From: Candidatus Kaiserbacteria bacterium
GTDB lineage: Bacteria > Patescibacteriota > Minisyncoccia > Phycocordibacterales > JABMNX01
Assembly: GCA_016186705.1 (NCBI GenBank)
Contig: JACPLB010000002.1
Coordinates: 20,811-84,810 of the forward strand
Reading direction: 5' to 3'
DNA: 64,000 nucleotides
The notes under the pieces: generated by a model
Told to the model about the DNA's origin: nothing
Seen by the model: the letters and a program-made list of their open reading frames with translations, nothing else
Database searches by the model: none
Translations under genes and position numbers: made by a program
Shown: positions 58,541-64,000 of the stretch, piece by piece
How positions within the stretch are numbered: position 1 is the stretch's first letter
How the letters are laid out: the number at the start of each line of letters is the position of its first letter

Positions 58541-59466
58541 CACACTTTAAGGTACCGCCGAACCGCCAAGTAGCTCGACACTGCCCCGAGGAAAATCCCC
58601 GTTCCCATAATGATGAGGAATATCTGCCCAAAATTATCGAGGTAGTACTGGAAGATATTGATATCGTTGAAGAATCCTTCGGTAATCGGTCCGAGCCAGA
58701 GCGTCAAGGGATAAAAAAGCACGAGTGTAACGATACCCGCAACAACTCCGTAGAGCACTCCTTCAAACACGAAGGGTCCCCGGACGTATGAATTTTCCGC
58801 GCCGACGAGCTTCATGACCGATATTTCGTCGCGCGCGGTGTAAATCGCGAGCCGGATGGTATTGAGCGTAATCATGACTGACGCGATTAAAAGAAAGATG
58901 ATGATGGCAAGACCGAATTGCTCCGAGGAATCAATAACGCGCGTGAGCCGGTCAATGGCGGCTTTATTTTGAAAGAAGTTAATTTTTTCTATAATCGGTG
59001 TTTCGCCTGCAGTCACTGCGGCGTCACTTTCCAAGAACTTAGCGATTCCTTCGTACTGCGAAGTCTCTTTCGCGCGAATACTCAAACTCGCGCCGAGGGG
59101 ATTCTCGTCAAGCTCGTCAAGCGCTTGGAGCGTGAGTTGGTCGTTTTGATGCCGCATGCGGAACGCTTCAAGTGCCTGCTCCTTTGAGATATACTCGACT
59201 GACTTTACTTCGGGAAGCGCTTCGATTGATTTCTTGAGCGAGAGAATGTTTCCTTCGGGAGCGGTTGTTACGAAATAAACATTGACATCAACTTTGTCGC
59301 GCACTTGATTGAGCGTCGTCGTGAGTATCGCGCCGATAAAAATGAGAGAACCGATAACGAAAAGCGTGATTGTCATGACGAGAATGGTCGAGAGAGAGAC
59401 AAAACTGTTCCGGATGAAACCGATTGACCCGTATTTGATGATTCGTTTTGCGTTTATCCACCACAT
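58540..59466 (-). CDS. ftsX: Cell division permease FtsX
   Basis: NTIRLAI..R.EI.VMKLVGA, PFVFEG; downstream of ftsE. Confidence 0.93.
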   Translation of the reverse strand: MWWINAKRIIKYGSIGFIRNSFVSLSTILVMTITLFVIGSLIFIGAILTTTLNQVRDKVDVNVYFVTTAPEGNILSLKKSIEALPEVKSVEYISKEQALEAFRMRHQNDQLTLQALDELDENPLGASLSIRAKETSQYEGIAKFLESDAAVTAGETPIIEKINFFQNKAAIDRLTRVIDSSEQFGLAIIIFLLIASVMITLNTIRLAIYTARDEISVMKLVGAENSYVRGPFVFEGVLYGVVAGIVTLVLFYPLTLWLGPITEGFFNDINIFQYYLDNFGQIFLIIMGTGIFLGAVSSYLAVRRYLKV

Positions 59467-59491
59467 AGATAGAAGTATATCGTACCTCCGG

Positions 59492-60172
59492 TTAAAGCGC
59501 GTAGCGACCGGTTTTGTCATCGCGAACAACTCGTCCGCTGTCCATGGTAATCACACGGCGACCAAGAGAATCGATGACTCCCTTGTTGTGCGTCGCGAGA
59601 ATCACCGTCGTGCCGAGGTCATTGATTTTCTTGAGAATTTGGACTATGTCAAAGGTGCTTACGGGGTCAAGGTTCCCCGTCGGCTCGTCGGCGATTACCA
59701 CATCGGGCTGGTTCACGATTGCGCGCGCGATTGCCACTCGCTGTTTCTCGCCTCCTGAAAGTTCGCGGGGAAAATTCCAAATTTTGTCGCCGAGGTCGAC
59801 AAGGTCAAGTACGTACGGCACATCGGTTGCGATTTCCTCTTCATTCCGCCCCGCCGCCTCCATGGCAAATGCGATGTTTTCGTACGCCGTCTTGTTCGGC
59901 AAAAGACGAAAATCCTGAAAAACCATGCCGATTCTGCGGCGCAAACGATTGAGCCCTTCCCGATTGAGATTGTGAATATTGGTTGATTCAAAAAAGACAG
60001 AACCGTCCGTGGGACGGTCTTCGGCAAGGAGCATTTTGAGAAGCGTCGTCTTGCCCGCGCCAGAATGTCCGACGATGGAGACGAATTCGCTCGGTTCAAT
60101 TGAGAGCGTTACCCCCTCGAGCGCGGGTGAACTGCCGTTATAAATTTTCGATACGTTATCGAAGTAAATCAT
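59492..60172 (-). CDS. ftsE: Cell division ATP-binding protein FtsE
   Basis: GHSGAGKT, VFQDFRLL, DEPTGNLDP. Confidence 0.94.
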   Translation of the reverse strand: MIYFDNVSKIYNGSSPALEGVTLSIEPSEFVSIVGHSGAGKTTLLKMLLAEDRPTDGSVFFESTNIHNLNREGLNRLRRRIGMVFQDFRLLPNKTAYENIAFAMEAAGRNEEEIATDVPYVLDLVDLGDKIWNFPRELSGGEKQRVAIARAIVNQPDVVIADEPTGNLDPVSTFDIVQILKKINDLGTTVILATHNKGVIDSLGRRVITMDSGRVVRDDKTGRYAL

Positions 60173-60188
60173 ACAAACACTGTCAATG

Positions 60189-61070
60189 TTACTCCAGATT
60201 CCGCTCGGCGTCTATGAACATCTGGATGTCTCCATTGAGTACCGCATCAGTGTCCCGCACTTCCGCCCCTGTGCGGTGGTCTTTGACCATTTTGTAGGGG
60301 TGAAGCACGTAGGAGCGAATCTGGTTTCCCCACTCGATATTGGTCGTTTTTGAGACAGAGAGTCCGTGCTCCTCTTTTTTTCTGTCTTCCTCCCGTTTCT
60401 TGAAGAGTTTCCCTTTCAATATCTCAAGCGCCCGCGCTTTATTCTGCGCCTGGCTTCGCTCGGATTCGACATGAACCGAAATGTTCGTTGGCTTATGCAC
60501 TACCCGTACTGCGGTTTCCCGTTTATTGACATTTTGCCCCCCCGGTCCGCTCGATTTCGCAAACGTCACCTCAACGTCGCTCTCGGAAAGCTCGACATCA
60601 TCCGTCGTCGGTATCTCTGGCACGACTTCCACCATTGAAAATGACGTGTGGCGGAGTTTTTTTGCGTTAAACGGAGAGAGGCGCACGAGTCGATGTACAC
60701 CCGATTCATTCTTAAGCGTTCCGTATGCGTCTTTCCCTGATATTTCAAACGTAATATTACGGTAGCCGCCGTGGTCATTCATGTTTTTATGCACCACGGA
60801 AAGTCCCCAGCCCTTCCGTTCGGCGTACCGTTCGTACATGCGGAAGAGCATGGAGGAGAAATCTTCCGCGTCATCCCCTCCGGCTCCGGAAAAAACAGTG
60901 ATAATGGCGTTTCCCTTGTCGTAGATGCCGCCCCCTTCCAATTCCGCTTTGAGCTCTTTCAGCTCCTTGATGGCTGCCTGCGCCTTGTTTTTATCCTGCC
61001 AGAAATCGGCCGCGTTTATGCTTTTTTCGAGCGTCTCAATTCTTTGTTTGAGTATTTTTTTGTCGGACAT
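60189..61070 (-). CDS. prfB: Peptide chain release factor 2, shortened N-terminal domain
   Basis: GVHRLVRLSPF (SPF), GPGGQNVNK, WGNQIRSYV. Confidence 0.93.
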   Translation of the reverse strand: MSDKKILKQRIETLEKSINAADFWQDKNKAQAAIKELKELKAELEGGGIYDKGNAIITVFSGAGGDDAEDFSSMLFRMYERYAERKGWGLSVVHKNMNDHGGYRNITFEISGKDAYGTLKNESGVHRLVRLSPFNAKKLRHTSFSMVEVVPEIPTTDDVELSESDVEVTFAKSSGPGGQNVNKRETAVRVVHKPTNISVHVESERSQAQNKARALEILKGKLFKKREEDRKKEEHGLSVSKTTNIEWGNQIRSYVLHPYKMVKDHRTGAEVRDTDAVLNGDIQMFIDAERNLE

Positions 61071-61209
61071 TTACATAGTATACCAGCAAAAATGAAGCCG
61101 GAGCGGGAGGAGGTGTGCTCCCGTTCCGGCTATTGTGTGTGCGGGGAGTCCGGCCGCAAGCTGGCTCACGAATTACCGCGCACACAAAAACCAAAAGGAC
61201 TTTACCTTG

Positions 61210-61282
61210 AGCCGAGGGGGAGAATTGAACTCCCGACCTACGGTTTACGATACCGTTGCTCTACCAACTGAGCTACCTCGGC
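61210..61282 (-). tRNA. tRNA-Thr(CGT)
   Basis: Anticodon arm ACGGT-ATCGTAA-ACCGT. Confidence 0.94.
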
Positions 61283-61325
61283 GGTACCGCACAATATATC
61301 ATGATTCTATTTATTCCGAGAACTT

Positions 61326-61766
61326 TTATGTTAGAAACCGACCTTCCTTTGCTCTTTTGCTCATTGCGCGATTTTTCCTTCCATTCCCTCTATTTAATCC
61401 TGCATAAGTCGGGCTAAGGGCGTCACAGTTAGGACATATTAATCTCAGGTTCTTCTCCGTATTATTACGCCAGTTACCGTCAATATGATCGGCAACCAGA
61501 GGGACTTTTCCGGTTTTTGGATTCACTTTTGACCATCCACACAGACAACACCTGTTTCTAAATTTCCTTCGTAAATATTTCTTAACATATAGAGAGACAA
61601 CACCATGCCCCTGTAAACCGTTCTCGGCGCCGGACTTCCATTTTCTTATGTATGTTTGGTGCTGATGTTCGAGTTGACACGCATTACTGCAATATTTATA
61701 GCTCGGTCTCGCTGGTTCTGCACCACACATTAAGCATGCTGACCTCGGCTTTCTCGGCATCGGCAT
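61326..61766 (-). CDS. HNH endonuclease with N-terminal zinc finger
   Basis: CLMC..YCSNAC; CCLCG..DHIDGNWRNN..NLRLICPNC. Confidence 0.9.
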   Translation of the reverse strand: MPMPRKPRSACLMCGAEPARPSYKYCSNACQLEHQHQTYIRKWKSGAENGLQGHGVVSLYVKKYLRRKFRNRCCLCGWSKVNPKTGKVPLVADHIDGNWRNNTEKNLRLICPNCDALSPTYAGLNRGNGRKNRAMSKRAKEGRFLT

Positions 61767-61831
61767 ACGTGTATGATACCGCGAATCAACGACCAATAGA
61801 AAGAGGTGGGATTGGTCGTATGTTGATAAAC

Positions 61832-61907
61832 TGGAGCCCAAGGGCGGGATTGAACCGCCGACCTCGTCCTTACCATGGACGTGCTCTACCAACTGAGCTA
61901 CCTGGGC
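61832..61907 (-). tRNA. tRNA-Thr(GGT)
   Basis: Anticodon arm CGTCC-ATGGTAA-GGACG; encoded CCA. Confidence 0.96.
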
Positions 61908-62069
61908 AACAGCTTAAAACATACACTATTTGAAGGAGAAATTAAATGCCTCATACCTATGAGGCATTTTTTATAATCAACTTTTTTGCGGGAAGGTGGG
62001 GACATGAATTCGCTTATTCGCCTGCTAACGGAAAGCGGTTTCTGTCTCGGCTCAAAACAAGGTCTTTGT

Positions 62070-63998
62070 TTAATCAGCAATCTGTCCCTGCTCCACCTTG
62101 CAGTTGATAGTGTACGTCGTTCCAGACTTGAGAGGACCGGCATTTACAGAGCCGGTATTTGTTTCGGTAGTAAAGAGGAATCCATCAGTTCCGGAGATAG
62201 TACAGTTAGATAGAGGGGCTGTCCAGGTTAGAATCGCTTCATTGCGCACGTGCCTCAATGTAATAGTAGGATTTTGAGAGAGTTCGGATTCTTTGAGGAA
62301 ATCAAAAGCCGCAGTTCTGGTTTGTGAACCGCCGGGACCTGTGCACGTCAGTGTGTACTTAGTGCTTGCTGTTTGAGTTATCGAGACAGACCCGGACGTT
62401 TCTCCGTTTGTCTCAAAAGGGGTGCCTGTACAGGAAGTCGCGTTTGTGCTCTTCCACGAAAGTGTGATTTCCCGACCGGAAAAGTCAGAGGAGGCATTCA
62501 ATATGACGGTTGGAAGCGGAACAGACAGGGATGCGGGCGGGGAAATGATGATTGAGCGAGTGGTCTTGTTTCCACGTAACGCGGTGCATGTGAGCGTGTA
62601 TGTAGTGGTTTCGGTTGGCATCACATGAGTCTCACCTTTTACCTCATTGTACGTTTGAAAATTACTTCCAACACAATTCTGTGCACGGTTACTATTCCAG
62701 CGCAATATCGCAACGCCTTCCGTATCTCCGCGAGAGACCGTAAATTCAACATCCGGAGGCGGCTCGCGGTTAAATATAATCTGCTGTTGTAAGCCCTCAC
62801 TGGACTTCTCATTTTTATTAGTAAATCCTTTTTTGAGAATATCAGAGATATTTCTCTTTGTTGATACCTGCGCACCGGAGGCAGTTTTTACTTTACTTGC
62901 ATTTTGAATTTCAGAAACTACCTGATCACCAAGTGCTTGCACGGCGACAAAGGTGGCATTCAAGAGGTCCCTTTGCCCTTCCCACGTACGCTGAGTAAAT
63001 AATAATGGATCAACGGACTGAAGTCCTTCTAATGTGTCTATTGATTTTGAGATAAGGTCGCTCGCAGTTTGCAAAGTATATCGTCCCGTATTTCCGGCAT
63101 ATTCTATAAGACGTGCGTTAGGGTCAAATGATTTTTGAATTTCATTAAGCGCTCGTTTTAGGAAACCAAGAAGATTCGGGGAAGCATCTGAAACCGCTGC
63201 GGTATCTAGAGATTCAGGAAATCTGTTCCGGTTAAAAGCCGAAAAGATATTGTAAAAAATCAGATTGAGAGGGGTAAGGTCTATTGAACCGACTCCTGCG
63301 CCTATCTTTTTGCCCTCTCCGCTATCAGAAGGTATTTCACTTAAGGCGCTTTGAAGAGAGGTTTCAAAACTTTGAACCTCTTGCGTGGCAACTTGCGTCT
63401 CCGTGTTTGCCGGAGTAGATGCTAAATTATTTTCTGAAACTACCGCGTCAATAGTATCCAAAGCTTCGTCAACGGCCTTAACCGCGTTTTCCACCGCCTC
63501 TGTCGCGCTTGCGACAGCCGCTGTCGTTTCTGCCGGAGACTCATCTTCACTTTCAGCTTCTGTGTCATCTTCTGTAGATTCGGCGGGAGCAACCGAGGGA
63601 GCTTCGGCAACACTCGTTTCAGTCTCCGCTTCAGGAGCGGAAGTGATATTGGAAATTGCTTCGGCGATTGCTTCGGCGACTGCATGACCTATGACGCCGA
63701 GACCAAATGTTGCGGGCGCGGACAGCTTTGCAGCAAAACCTATGAGGTTGGAAAAGACTGAAACAACGGCTCTTTGTGCGGTTACAACTTCATTGAGCGC
63801 ACTTGTTATGCTATTGATTGCCACTTGCGTAGCAACTGCTTCGGCGGCAGCTTCTGCCGCGGCATTTGCCGCCTCTGCTTCAGCTGCGGCTTCCGCCTCT
63901 CCCAGCCCAAACCCCGACTCGGGTCCAAAATCCGCAGCGGTTGCTTCCGCTTCAGCATCAGCTGGAGCATCCGCCCCCTCTCCACCTTCAGAATCAGC
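62070..63998 (-). CDS. Large surface/secreted protein, 5' truncated; Ala/Glu-rich stalk + C-terminal Ig/PKD-like repeats
   Basis: Frame stays open to the window edge (ADSEGGEGADAPADAEAE...); three W..C..TYT(L/I).C beta-rich repeats. Confidence 0.8.
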   Translation of the reverse strand, partial: ADSEGGEGADAPADAEAEATAADFGPESGFGLGEAEAAAEAEAANAAAEAAAEAVATQVAINSITSALNEVVTAQRAVVSVFSNLIGFAAKLSAPATFGLGVIGHAVAEAIAEAISNITSAPEAETETSVAEAPSVAPAESTEDDTEAESEDESPAETTAAVASATEAVENAVKAVDEALDTIDAVVSENNLASTPANTETQVATQEVQSFETSLQSALSEIPSDSGEGKKIGAGVGSIDLTPLNLIFYNIFSAFNRNRFPESLDTAAVSDASPNLLGFLKRALNEIQKSFDPNARLIEYAGNTGRYTLQTASDLISKSIDTLEGLQSVDPLLFTQRTWEGQRDLLNATFVAVQALGDQVVSEIQNASKVKTASGAQVSTKRNISDILKKGFTNKNEKSSEGLQQQIIFNREPPPDVEFTVSRGDTEGVAILRWNSNRAQNCVGSNFQTYNEVKGETHVMPTETTTYTLTCTALRGNKTTRSIIISPPASLSVPLPTVILNASSDFSGREITLSWKSTNATSCTGTPFETNGETSGSVSITQTASTKYTLTCTGPGGSQTRTAAFDFLKESELSQNPTITLRHVRNEAILTWTAPLSNCTISGTDGFLFTTETNTGSVNAGPLKSGTTYTINCKVEQGQIAD

Positions 63999-64000
63999 AT

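Noticed and set aside
61767-61892. N-terminal extension of the HNH ORF in the track
   Set aside because: Overlaps tRNA-Thr(GGT); true start is more likely 61766 or 61760
63806-64000. Separate 64-aa ORF at the window end
   Set aside because: Alternative frame; the large surface-protein frame is open through this region

Overview
Bacterial chromosome segment whose gene content and compact style point to a Patescibacteria (CPR, probably Parcubacteria) genome; this assignment is inference. The window is mostly housekeeping: hisS 3' end, rpsU, ybeY, ftsA/ftsZ, trxB, tsaD, valS, lepA, murJ, RNase P RNA, class II RNR, htpX/lemA, groES/EL, secG, rnj, mutY-like, nth, msrA/B, pyrG, ftsE/X and prfB. 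It also has 10 tRNAs, an ArsR-led thiol-redox operon, two small AT-rich islets next to tRNAs and a free-standing HNH gene between two tRNA-Thr genes. No CRISPR array, rRNA, integrase or transposase is recognisable. The most unusual signals are non-coding. (1) A family of multi-stem intergenic elements (25584-25743, 35326-35464, partial copies at 34653-34832) has conserved loop and junction motifs but replaced or covarying stems; the two full copies begin 2-3 nt after a stop codon. (2) Two apparently stand-alone ~200-220 nt highly structured RNAs each have their own sigma70-type promoter and terminator (44480-44681, 56150-56370). (3) A structured leader with alternative pairings precedes a DUF1508 gene. 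Also notable are a RibD-like/HEPN-like/membrane-protein islet, an active/degenerate NUDIX pair and several unannotated small proteins.
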